This document shows, one piece after another, positions 1 through 11,190 of a DNA stretch of 64,000 bases (positions within the stretch are counted from its first letter, which is position 1; each line of letters begins with the position of its first letter). The DNA comes from Eutreptiella sp. 'Long Island Sound 2002' (taxonomy: Eukaryota > Protista > Euglenida), in contig OZ038378.1 of assembly GCA_964036045.1 (NCBI GenBank), positions 5,084,001 through 5,148,000 on the forward strand. Reading direction: 5' to 3'. Under the pieces are notes generated by a model. The model did not search any database, was not told where the DNA came from, and saw only the letters and a list, made by a program, of their open reading frames with translations. The position numbers and the translations under genes are program-made.

Positions 1-830
1 ACAGCTGAGCTGAAGCGTGGTTGCATGGCTCAATTTCATATGCAACGTGATGGTTCCAATGCTTTGCACTTGTGTTTCTGTTGGAACAAAATTTACAAGT
101 ATATTGGCTCTTTGGAGCAAGTTCCTGTGAACAGCATGGCAGACGATGCTGCCATAGCACTCCATGATGCTTTGCGTAAACAAGATAAATTGATAAGGTC
201 CTGGTGTGTTTCATGTGTTCTCTGCCTTGTGGCTTGAACCAGATGTGCCAATTACTGACCGTGGCAAGATTGTGAATGAGTTCCGTTCTTGGTTGGCCAA
301 CAATGGGATGAGTGGTAAAATTTTCCCAAAGCTACTGCTTCGCCAAAGGACATTGTTGGCCCTAATACCAAAGGAGGAATTCCGGCTCTGTGTCACTGCC
401 CAGTTCCAGTTGAACATACACATTGCAGGTTCTAGCCCCACTCCAACATTGGCTCAAGATGCTTTCAAACACAGCGCATGCAAGGTTGAGGTACTCCGTT
501 ATGCTGGTGATCCCCTGCCAAGTCAGAAGAAGAAGACCGAGAGGTCAAATGTATTCAACGTCTGGCTATCGGCATGATGCAGCTCTTGAATTGCCCAAAA
601 TCTTTGTTATTTATTCTGTGGGTTGCCATGCTTGTGCAACCAAGGCAGCCACAGAGTGGGCCTTCTTAGCTGAGGGCATGGCACGTGATTTCTAAACTCC
701 TTGGATCCAAGTGATGTGAATTGCCAAGATCCGTTGGAATTTTGAGATAGTGAAGCAGCTTCGGATCCGCTCTGGTCGTACTTCTGCAGAGGCAATTGAC
801 TACCAGGACATCGTGAGTGAAGAGGAGTAG
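1..830 (+). pseudogene. Degenerate hAT-type transposase, C-terminal part
   Basis: Frameshifted ORF pieces (25-237, 206-577). At ~628-672 two frames join to read VAMLVQP-x-QAATEWAFL, resembling the hAT dimerisation motif (LVQPSSAAAERxFS). Acidic tail ...DYQDIVSEEE* ends at 830. Confidence 0.45.
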
Positions 831-1201
831 GTGTTCCATCGACAATCCTCTGCTTTTCCATGCATGTTGGGGCACCGCTTGTCATTACTGCCTCCAGATG
901 CACAATCCTGTGTGGCGCCCCTGTGCGCCTTGGTGAGCCAGGGCCAGAGGGAAAACACAGGCCGACCACTGACCGCTGTCGGTTGCCGACGATGAAGCGG
1001 CAAACTGCTGTCGGCACCCACCGCCGTCAGTGGCTTCGCTGGACCAAAGGCCGCACACAAAAACCCACTTGCGCCGCATCTTTTGAGGTGACTGCCACGG
1101 CAACGGCCTAAACTCCCCCCAACACAAAAACAATCGAAATGAGCATCACACACAACAGACGCCAGGCCCCTGCATCTCCTGCCAAAAGCCGCGCTGCGCC
1201 T

Positions 1202-1255
1202 GCGCCACATGCCTCCCCTGCGCCACATGCCTCCCCTGTGCCACATGCCTCCACA
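1202..1255. repeat. 18-bp tandem repeat x3 (GCGCCACATGCCTCCCCT)
   Basis: Three adjacent near-identical units read directly. Confidence 0.9.
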
Positions 1256-4200
1256 GCAAACGGCGCAGATCATGACCACAGCCCTGACCCACGCAGGAGA
1301 GGGCGGGGCCGTACCTCTTTGAGGGACCTGGACATCGAAGACCCGGACGTGGGCTCGTCCTCATGTGCGGGGCCGCTGCGGCTGCTGCTGCCCATGGGCA
1401 CGTCATCAATGGACTTGCTATGGCTCGAGGAAAACACTCCGTCAAGGGTGTTGTGCTTGTGGTCACGGGCGGACCCGCTGCCAGAGGGTTTGGGTTTGCT
1501 GTCGAAGGTCAAATCGAGCTCATGAAACTCGGCTCTGCGAACGAAGGCGCGGTGCGCACCACCTCCTCGGGCACAATCACAGGGGCCGGTGCCCCCAGAG
1601 CCGTGGGCCCGTCAAGTGCCTCAAAGGCACGCGCGCCGGCAAAGAACTGAGTGCCTGACCCGCTCAGCGCTGGCCGTTGGAGCACCAGGAGTGGCACCAG
1701 CGGTTGAAAGAGGGGCGCAGGGGGGCACGCTGAGCCCCGCTCCCTCTTGTGCAGCCCCCGGGACCTTCGGGCTGTCCGCTGCTCTGCAGCCCGGAGAGCA
1801 TAGGAGCCTACTGACCTTCATCAAGCAGATCGGAGGAGCCGGGGCACCGGCTTCGTGATGCGGCCGTCTGGAGGGTGATCAGATCAAACCGCACCTCCTT
1901 TGCGCATGCCTTAGCGATGGTGCGGGGGGGGGGGTGGGGGAAGGGTATGGTGCCCTACTGGACTGGCTACTGCTCTCTGCTGGATTCCCTTTTCTGGGCG
2001 GCTGTTGTGGACCATTGCAGATTGAGCGGAGCGAAATCAGCGAAAAGAGAAACGGCTCGACGTTGAAATCGATCCGGAGGGGCAATGCTCTCCGTCCACG
2101 TGATCGTTGGAGGGTCCAAGGGAGGGGATTTCGGGGGGAGGAGGTTCCGGACGGGGCAAGATACATCCCGCAAAATGGGAGCCCATACACACCGCTGGTT
2201 TGGGGGGCCGGTGGGCGGGTTGAAACACTGTGACAAAATGTGCTCTGGGCCCTTTCATGGCCTGAAGTCTCCATGGGCTTCCTCAAAACCAGCGTGTGGT
2301 GGGGTGAGCAGTGGGTGAAAATTGTAGCCCGGGTACCAAAAAGAGCGTAGCCTGCGGATTTTTCTGGTTTTAACGACAAAAGGAATGTTTTTTTTTTTGG
2401 ATGTGAATGAGAGTATCACCAAAGAGTATCACACCAAAAAAAAGTGGTGAAAAACTTTTTTGCTGGTTGTAACCCAGGTCTTGTTTGTTGTTACACGGAC
2501 AACCCAACAACTGCGATCGCTTCTCGGAGAGGTGAAACATATCGTGACTACGGAAATTGTGGGTAAAGCCGACACGAAAAGAGCAGTGGAGTCATCGTAT
2601 GCAGGAGGCACCCTGCATCAGTGCGCGGAACTGATACACTCCACCACTCCACCGCATTCACACCCAGAAGAGTCGGTTGCCGAAAGGTAACGTTGCCTAA
2701 ATTCTGGGATCCTGCATCAATTGCAGCTGCTTGTTTAATCTACCACACTTGCACCCCAGAAAAGCTGGTTGCCAAAAGAGAACATGGAGGATGTTAAATT
2801 GAAAAGTAATTCGACAACAGCGACACTCTCGTCCCTGTGTAGCCATTTGAAAAGGGATCCGAAAGTTTATTTTTCAAGGTGTGTCCCACACAATAAAAAA
2901 TCAGCACCTGCACCCCTTGGGTGCACGGCTTCCTAGACCACATTATCTTTATGAAATGCCTCCTCTAAACAGAAGTCTTGGGCATCTTTCAGTTTCAGGG
3001 GCATCCTTGGGGTAGCCCTTTGGGACCTTGTACCACCTGGAGGGGGCGGAGGGTTCCCCTTTTGGCCGCCCCATAGCCGGCTTGTGGCAACCAACCCAGG
3101 AGCCACACATGCTCTTGCACAGCTCAGCAGTCACGCCTCAGAGGCCCTGCCGTAAAACAGCTGCCGTACCATTTCTGTTTGCTCACCGCTGACAAGTAAT
3201 CCCACAAAGGGGCCACGCCTTCAGTTCTGTGTGACCCCCCCCAGCACATGATATGCGTGACAGACATGCGCCGGCTGCTTGGGCCTCAGTGGTGACGGAG
3301 ACGCGGGCCATTGGCCCCAGCGGCACTGCGGGAGCTCAGACTCATATGCACACATCAATGCAGTGCCTGGCTTCTGTCCGCAACCGCATGTAACGTCCAC
3401 TACGGGTCTACCATCCCCTCAGTGCCCTGCCCCGCCCACCCAGACGTCCAACGTGGCCTCCAGCAGAAGCGAAGCCCACAGGCCACCCCCCTTCGCCCGT
3501 CCACAACGATGGGCATACCCTCGGATCTGATGGGCTTTGGCCCAAGCCTCCGCCTGCCGCCGGTTGTCCGCCATGAACACACACTCCCCGGCCTCCCAGA
3601 CCTCGCATAACTTCGTGGCTTCGGGGGCAGGAGCGGACTTCTTGCTGGGCGCGATCATGGCTGGATCGTTTTGGGCCACTGCGGATGCGCACAGCACGGC
3701 ACGGCACAGGGCAGAGGCAATGCCTCGGCTGTGCCGCGGGCGGGCCCTTACCGCTACTCAAGTCCATTCCGCAACAGCGCTATCAGTGCGTTCAACAGAA
3801 GGCTATCATGACATCCGTTACACCGTCAAAGGGCTATGTCTAGATGTGGCAGTGTACCGAAGGGCGGTGTGCGGGAGGCAACGATAGCCGCAGGCGGTGG
3901 TAAAAAATTACGTAAATGGTGCCGTTGTGCGCCACTTGTACCCCGTCCCTCGTACAAGCGGCACCTTGTCGAAGCTACACAACACGTACCGCATCCTTGG
4001 GTGCCCAAATCACTTCAATGCCATACTGCCACCATCAGACACCCACTTTGGATTGGTGGAATCGTCCCCATTGGCTGCATGTAGACGTCCCTGCGTGCTC
4101 ATTTGCGATTGTTCGCCTCGTTTCGGCGCCACCCATTGCATGTCACATGATCCCAAAGACCATTTAGCATTGGGACCCGAGGGGGGTCCTTAAGGGGGGG

Positions 4201-4269
4201 GGAAAGCCTTCGTAACGCCAACATAAACGAACGCCCACGGGGGCGCTCTCTGCTTCCTGGTCATGGGAC

Positions 4270-4380
4270 CTCCTCTGCTTCAAAGGTTGGCGGTTGGTAG
4301 AGGTTGGCGACGGTTCGTGGTTGGCGATTGGCGGTTGGTGGCGGCTGGCAGTTGGCAGTTGGCGGTTGGTGGCCCCTGCA
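4270..4380. repeat. Degenerate GGTTGGC/GGCGGTT short tandem repeat
   Basis: Repeated ggttggc/ggcagtt units; part of a short insert splitting the YR relic. Confidence 0.75.
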
Positions 4381-4746
4381 GGCGGTCCTCAAGGGCGGTC
4401 CTAGCAAAAACAGGCTGCTTAAGGATCCCCCTGTGTGACCCGCAAAGATGCCCCGTCCGAGAGATGTTGATGTGTCTGTGGGCCGTGCGCAAGCGCCACC
4501 GCGGCCAAGCCACATGGGCCGTAATGTTTGGGACATGGGCGTAGTTTGCACATGGGGCCCAGGAGGGCAGTGCCTATGCCTTTGCACAGGTGTTGCGACA
4601 ATCACAAGTGCCGACACGGTGCCAGAAATTTGCCCTGTGCCACAACGCCCACGAGGGTCATTGTCTACACAAGACGGTGGGTGGGGAGTCTTGGCGCCCA
4701 AGGACCATGTGATGGGCATGATCCCGAAGATCGACAACAGCGTGGC

Positions 4747-4923
4747 TCATCATGGCGCGTTTTTGAAAAAAAAAATTGCAGATCCCCCCGCCCCAACCGA
4801 CCGTCCATCAGCCATCTGGCAGGCAGGGGAGGGGGGGTTTTTGGAATTTTTTTTGGAATTTTTGGAATTTTTTTTGGAAAAAAATTCCAGAAAAAAATTC
4901 CAAAAAAGCAAAGACCGGATTCC
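4747..4923. mobile_element. 177-bp insertion with 6-bp TSD CGTGGC and an internal A/T-rich hairpin
   Basis: CGTGGC at 4741-4746 and 4924-4929. Removal fuses two minus-strand ORFs in frame (GVRAT|LLSIFGIMP). Internal inverted repeat TTTTTGGAATTTTTTTTGGAA / TTCCAGAAAAAAATTCCAAAAA. Confidence 0.7.
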
Positions 4924-6703
4924 CGTGGCCCTGACCCCGGCACCGCCACAAGACTGCAGCCACCGCCCCCACGCGACGCACGAAGCGGCACCTTCAAACA
5001 TTTTGGTGATCGCGTCCTCGGAGTACCACGGCGTCTTGGTGGCCCCCTCGGCCCTCAATGAGGGCTCGGGGACGGTGTCGTCCCCCCAAGGGGCACCCCC
5101 ACGGCCACGGCCCTGCCGGTCCTTGGAGGCCTGGGCATCGCACATGCCCTTCTTGGCACCGGCGGCCTGGGGCACAGGGCGGGGGAATGGAATGGCGGGG
5201 GGTGTCAGGACAACCACGGCGCCCCCCCCCTGCCCCTCACGCGCACGCATGCCCCAGGACGGAGAAAAGGAGGGTCCAGGGAGATCCCGTGCGTAGACAA
5301 GGCCGTGCGTACCGCATGTGTTACACCGCCCGGTCCGAGCGGGACGTGTGTCCATCGCCGCGCCCAATCCGCTCAACCTGTTGTCTGGAGCTCGGGCACA
5401 GGCAGAGCCTTAACCCCCGGATGCGTGCGGTCGCTTCCTGCTGGTCATTCCTGGATACTGTGCCTCATTGCAGGCAGTGCCTTTGGCTTCGCCAGGAGCG
5501 CTATCCGTCCACCACACCTCTGATGAGATCCTCGGGGTCACCATTGAGCAAAGGCTTTTTCACAAGAAGAAAACAGTCCATGATGCCCGCACCGCAAGAA
5601 CACCACAGCAGAACACATGATGCACGGTGCCCGCGGCCACAGGCCGCGAGACAAACGTTCTGCCCTGGATGACGTGTTAGGAGGAGGGGGGGGGGGGGGA
5701 ATGGGGGGAGGGGGGGGGGCGGTGGGGGGGACTCCTCCAATGGTTGTCAGCCGTTCCAATGCATGCTTGCCCACTTCCCACTCCTGCCGGTTGCCCGGAG
5801 TTGACCTGATCATAATTGTTCTGCATCATCTGCTGTAAAGAGGGAAAACAGCGGTCAGATTAGGTGGGCATGCGAAGACAAAATGAATCCAAATGGGGGG
5901 AATGCGTTGAGATATCCGTCGCAATGCCAGTCTACCTCTGCCTGGCAGCGCAGCCGTATTGCGGCCCCACAGCCTCACCAGCGACTCTGGAGAGAGTCTG
6001 AACCCAGATGGTGGCCTCATTTGCACAGTACACACTTGGCCATCTTATCATCAAGGAAACAAATGCATACGAGTACTAATTAAGAAGGGCCAATTTTTTG
6101 TAGACCATTTACAAGGTTTTGTGGGTTTCTCATGGAGGGTAACGTGCAGGAACCAGCAAACGCGTGCAGGCGCAAGCGGAACAGATGGGATGATTTTGTT
6201 ATGCAGACTTGAGCTGATACGATGGCGACAGCCGACCGATTGTATTTCCAGGAAAAGAAGTGGAAAGAAAGAGGGTACTCCGAGACTGTGATTGAGTCAC
6301 TGGAAAAGACTCAGACGTATCAGGTGAGGGTGGATTCTGGCCTTTGGCGACCACATCGGGTCGCACCATTTCCGGACTCTCAGATTGCATAGGCACGGGG
6401 TCCTTTAATTGACGGTTCGAGTCCCACTCTGCCAAAATGTTCGGGAGGAAGGGGGCAAAATGATTGGGACCCCAAGACCTACCTGCTGTGGTGTACATGT
6501 CTGCAGCCTCCTCGTCAGTAGATCTGAAAATGATACCACATCCATTTTTGTAGTGCCCCAAGGACCTCATCGAACAACTCGTCTGGATTTACGGGAAATT
6601 GATATTACGGCTGCTATTGCCATTTCCTTTTTTCTCGATAGGATTCCCTGCCTGGTTCTGGCCTGGGTTGAGTGGTTTGGCCTGGGTGTGTGTGTGTGCC
6701 GCC

Positions 6704-6812
6704 CGCACCCACACCCACACCCACACCCACACGCCCACATCTAGACCCACTGACAGACTTTACCCACACCCACACCCACACCCACACCCACACCCACACC
6801 CACACCCACACC
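6704..6812. repeat. (CCCACA)n hexamer microsatellite, two tracts
   Basis: Direct reading; explains the HPHP/THTH ORFs. Confidence 0.95.
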
Positions 6813-6911
6813 GGGACAGCCGTTCAGATGCCCCCCCAACCCCCCACTAATCCAGTTCCGCGCCGCCTACATCCCCATATCGGCCCCATGCCGGGCCCCC
6901 CATGACAACAC

Positions 6912-7161
6912 CTGAGCCTCGGACTTCTCCCACGGCGGCGGCAAAGTGGCCGCCGAGGTTCCTTCGGACCTCATGGCACGGCCGGTCCTTCTGGCAGAGT
7001 CACTCTGGCCCCACGGAGCACTTGCGCACGGAAGGGCAGCGAGGGGTCCATCCGTTGCTCTTTGTGCGCGTCGCTTGCCCACGGAGGCAAAGGCCGGGCC
7101 ATCGGCATCACCGTAGATCAGGCCTTTGGCGGTGTTCGTGCCGTCCATCAGGAAATCCGCC
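6912..7161 (-). CDS. Possible isolated exon of an unresolved gene (ADFLMDGTNTAKGLIYGDADG...EKSEAQ)
   Basis: Open frame bounded by CTGCAG| acceptor and CAG|GT donor, like confirmed exons here. May splice to the ORF at 6199-6582. No recognisable domain. Confidence 0.25.
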
Positions 7162-7270
7162 CTGCAGTGAGTTTGGGTGGCCGTCATTCAATGGGCGGGT
7201 GTAGCCCGTTCCTTCAGCCCCCAAGCCATCACCAAAAGTGCGCATGGGGGCTGCAGGTCCAGGGCGGGAA

Positions 7271-7668
7271 GAAAATTGCTCTGCGGGGGGGGGGGGGGGG
7301 ACACGGAAGCCCATTTTCCCAACCCCCCCCCCCCCGCCTCCTTGGCCGCCGTGACGGGAGGGGGGGTTCAGGGCGGGGGTGCCCGACCTGCCGTGCCCGG
7401 GGGGGGGGGTCAACCCAACATCTATGGCTCAAAATGATACCCACGTCGCGCTGATCATTTTGACAACTCAAATGTGGGGGGGGGGGGGAATTATTGGTGG
7501 AAAAAACTTTTTCGGGCCAAATTTTGTATTCCTGTGCCTTTGGCGCCAACATCCGTTCTTACACAAAACAAAGGGCCCGACACGGAACCCCATTTCTCCA
7601 ACCCCCCCCCCTCCCTCCTTCGGCGGGCGCCCATGTCACCCCCCCCCCCCCCCCGCAGAGCAATTTTC
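7271..7668. mobile_element. MITE-like element with terminal inverted repeats and central palindrome
   Basis: GAAAATTGCTCTGCGGGGGGG at 7271 and CCCCCCCGCAGAGCAATTTTC ending 7668. Core TCAAAATGAT...ATCATTTTGA at 7429-7463. No TSD found. Confidence 0.7.
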
Positions 7669-9074
7669 AGGTTGCCCAGAGGGGAGGATGGGCCAGGAGG
7701 AAAGGAAGGGGGGGAGGGGGCGAACAGCCCCCCTTCAGGTCATGCGCGTGGCATTCGCAGCAATGAACAACCGCTTGCAAGTGTGACACGACACTGATCC
7801 GTGAAACTCCTGCGGAAACCATGAGCCGGCGATACCTGGTCCAGCACCCCTTGAGGCATGCCCACAGGCATCAGGTACCACACAGAGACAGTGTTCTACC
7901 GCGGGGGGAGGGCGGCTGAACTCCGATGGGTTGAGCCGCTGTTCTGACATGAGGCTGATGAACAGGGCAAACACGACGAATCGATGGCGGAGCACCTCTG
8001 TCCGGGAGTGAGGGCTTTGTTGACACGGTTCACAAGAACTGCAGGCGGCACTATGTCTGTGGCGCTGCTCTTCAGTCACACCTGCTGCTGCTCCTGCCAC
8101 CGTGCCCACCACGGCCGCTGCGTTATATATGTTGGCAAATGACGTCTGACCGGCCCATGACCCCTCAATTTTCATTCCATCCCTGTGACTCACACCTTCA
8201 TTCCTTCCAACAGGCCGCTTCGTTCTTTTACCTGGCCTGCACGGCCGCAGTACGTCGTATTTGAATGTGGTACCCTGCCCCCCCCCCCCCCCTTGAAATC
8301 CCCCCCCCAATGTGGTGACGGCTCCCCTCCAGAGGAGGCAGGACCGTGCAAAGGGGGTGGGGATTTCAAAGGGGGGGGGGGGTGCACGGCGTCTCTGATG
8401 GACATCGTCCTTCCACAAGGCTCTGCCTGACCATTGCTGGTTCGGTCTCTGGTTTTCTCCTGCACCCCTGACCCCCCTGCCACACTGCCTGCTTCTCCGG
8501 TTGCTGCAGCTCGCTGACAATCTTCCGTTCTGCGATAGCCCTGACCCAGTGCTGCTGCATGTTAGGGTTCCCAGTGGTTGGCACGCACTCCATTGTCAGT
8601 CCTCCAATCGCCCAAAAGCGTCAGGTCAGACCATCGAGGCACGTTTGAGTGGGTGGTGAATGGGTTGTTGCCCAAGATACAGTGGACAAGGCGTACAGTG
8701 ACCGCCGCCGTTGGCCTGGCAACGTCCCGTGTAAGTCCACAGGGTATAGAAGGTGTTGGGATGCACCAGGGGGGGGGGGGGGGCGTAGCCATGGGCCATA
8801 CGCCGACTCCTTCCCCCCTTCGGACCACTTTCAGGGTGGGGGGTGGCTGGGTCTGGGGGGGTCTGGGGGCCAGCCTGGAGGGGGGGGGGGGGGGGGGCTC
8901 CCGGACCCCAACATATATGGCGTAACATGACCGCCTCATCGCGCTGATCACTTTGAGGTATGTATGTTGGGGCAAAAAAAATTGAAACAAGGCGGGGGGG
9001 GGGGGGGGGGTAGGTGGTACTTTTGTTCAAAGGCATAGCACCCGCGGGTCAATTCCCGGCCACTATGCTATTGC

Positions 9075-9215
9075 AAAGGGGACAAAATCAGAAGTGGCTA
9101 CATCACCCCTGCCTTCTCGGGGGCCCAAAAGTGGGCGGAATTGCTACATAACCCCTGCGTTCTCAGGGGTCCCCGACAAAGGGGACAAAATCAGAAGTGG
9201 CTACATCACCCCTGC
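9075..9215. repeat. Dispersed 'AATCAGAAGTGG...CCCCTGC' repeat family copy
   Basis: Same motifs recur at ~26270-26525, 28340-28545, 33850-33985 and as a tandem array at 41865-42582. Confidence 0.85.
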
Positions 9216-10939
9216 CCTGGAAAAGTAGATTCATGATGAGGCATGGGAAAAAAAGGGAAAAAACAGGTCCAGCCCCATACCACCACTATCCCGTGATGCC
9301 TCACTTTTGCCAGCACCAGGACTTGCACCTACGACTCTCCAATTGCAGTGTTCCACCAACTAGGGGGGTGGCCATCTCGGGCAAATGGTGCTCAAAGATG
9401 GGAAACTGATTTTGGGCTCACTGAAAAGTGCGAGTTTTTGTCCACTTTTGAATTCTCCTAAAAATTCCGAGTACATTGAGTATAGACACATGGGGTGAAA
9501 ACACATTTTTTTACCCTTTGCCACATCAAGCAAAATATGCTTATGGTCCGGCACTTTCCTCCCAATTTCCAGGGGGGGGTCGGCGTCAAGGACCCAGGCC
9601 CGGTGACCCCCCCCGTGGGATGCACATTGCATTGATTGTGCAGTACCTGCATCGCTGTCCTCGGTGTTGGACAGGCAGGTCATTGAACGAAGTGCCGGCG
9701 GCAAGTTTTGAAATAACCAGCCTGTCCCTATCCCGGGGGCATAGTCAACCAGCTCCACTGCCGTCATCAAGTGTGGTCACCATAGCAATGCACCGTTTGT
9801 GTGCAAAATTTACAATGCTGTTCGGGCAGATCAAGTGTGTGTGTGCGCGCGCGTGTGCGTGTGCGTGTCCATGCATGTGAGCCAAGAAGTGTTCCCAAAA
9901 AGCTGGTTGGTAACTTGGGGGGGCGGGCGGGCTGGTAGGACACCGCCAGTGTCATGTTTTCTCGACTGGGGTGGTTTTTATAGGTGAGAGTGGGGTGTTG
10001 GCCCCACTGCTCACAACTGCTGCCTGCTGCCCGCACTGACCGCCTTCATGCGCAGTCAGTGCCAGGGCAGTGAAGTTTGGAGGGAGCTCTCCACGAGATC
10101 AGATGTGGAAAGTTCTCAGACAGGGGCAGGGGGCTCCAGATCACCGAGTGTTACACATCAGCAGTGCGCTGCACGTCTTGCACACGGTGTTGCTCGTGCA
10201 GTGTGGCCCTCATGCAGTCAGGCGCCTCGCTTGGGCTGAGACCCCAATGCATGTGCGGCGCTGTGGGTGGCTGGGGGGATGACAATGTAGGCAGACGCTG
10301 CAGCCTACACCACGGCATACGTCCCAGCATTCTTCTTCTGGTTGAGCACACGCTGCTCGATTCTGGCAATCGCGGCAGAAGACATCTCCAAATCTGTACA
10401 AACATTGAAGAGGGTGGCATCAGCTTTGGTGGACAGACCTTTCGCAAAGCCCTGAAGCAACAGCAAAACTCGGTTGTCAAGCCAAACGGGTGCCACACTA
10501 ATCTGGCAGCCAATTATCAATTGCGCGGGCCAGCTTGCAACACCCTTTCTGGGGGCAACCTGATGATCCGACACACAGTGATGGGACCGAGGGCAGCACC
10601 AACGGCGCGGAAAATTGCTCTGCAAACTGGGAGTACCCTGCCTGGCCTTTAGTACATACAGTCCGAACAGGAGTGTTCGTTGAACACACCATTCGGTGAG
10701 CGGGATAACAGTGTGAAACGGCAGTGACATATCCCTAGGCACAAGTTATCCCGCCCATTCAAAGCACAATGTGATGGAGGCCTGCAATTAGCACTTTTCA
10801 GAGCAGAAGCCCTTGTTGCGGTCCCGCTTCATGCAGAAAAGTTGAACATGCTCTCAGGGCTTGGGGCCCTTCTTGTTCTTGGCACGGGCAGAGGTGGTGG
10901 TACCGCTTGTATAGCACCTCCCGGCCAGGTGCAAGCAGA

Positions 10940-11190
10940 GAATCAGTCATGGTGGGCAATAGAGGTCCTGTAGTTGAGGGACACCATCCCCTCACAACCT
11001 GCTTTACAAAATTTGCACGCCATTACTGCCAGATACGTCACAACAGCCCCTCATTTCCCCAAACCTTTGGCCCGAAACCATGGTTCTGGTACCTAATCAA
11101 CAACCTCATTAATTAGGTCCTCAAAACCAAACAGTCCGAACGGAAGTGTTTGTCGGACACAGTGTTCGTTGGACACCGGGGGGGGGGGGC
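10940..11190. repeat. Interspersed repeat, second copy at ~39820-40060
   Basis: Shared CAGTCATGGTG(G/C)GCAATAGAGGTCCT..GTTGAGGGA.ACCA and similar downstream sequence ending in a G-run. Confidence 0.65.

Larger units (their letters stand above)
3830..5660 (-). mobile_element. Older, heavily degraded gag-YR retrotransposon relic, related to the 22.7-27.5 kb element
   Basis: Minus strand: degenerate zinc knuckle GRCNTCGTHGLVYARD (~5330-5285); TLVGVVAQGK and CKGIGTALLGPMCKLRPCPKHYGP resemble PLVHLAATGR and LRGTISAVRMAEKLQLLWPTVGP of the main element's YR; LWDHVTCNGW resembles FYDRKTKRRW; LRQGAA near 3965 resembles the H-x-x-R box. Confidence 0.45.

Noticed and set aside
5680-5730. Poly-G tracts as functional G-quadruplexes (also at many other sites)
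   Set aside because: G-runs are ubiquitous parts of repeats here and homopolymer lengths may be unreliable; no specific positional signal.
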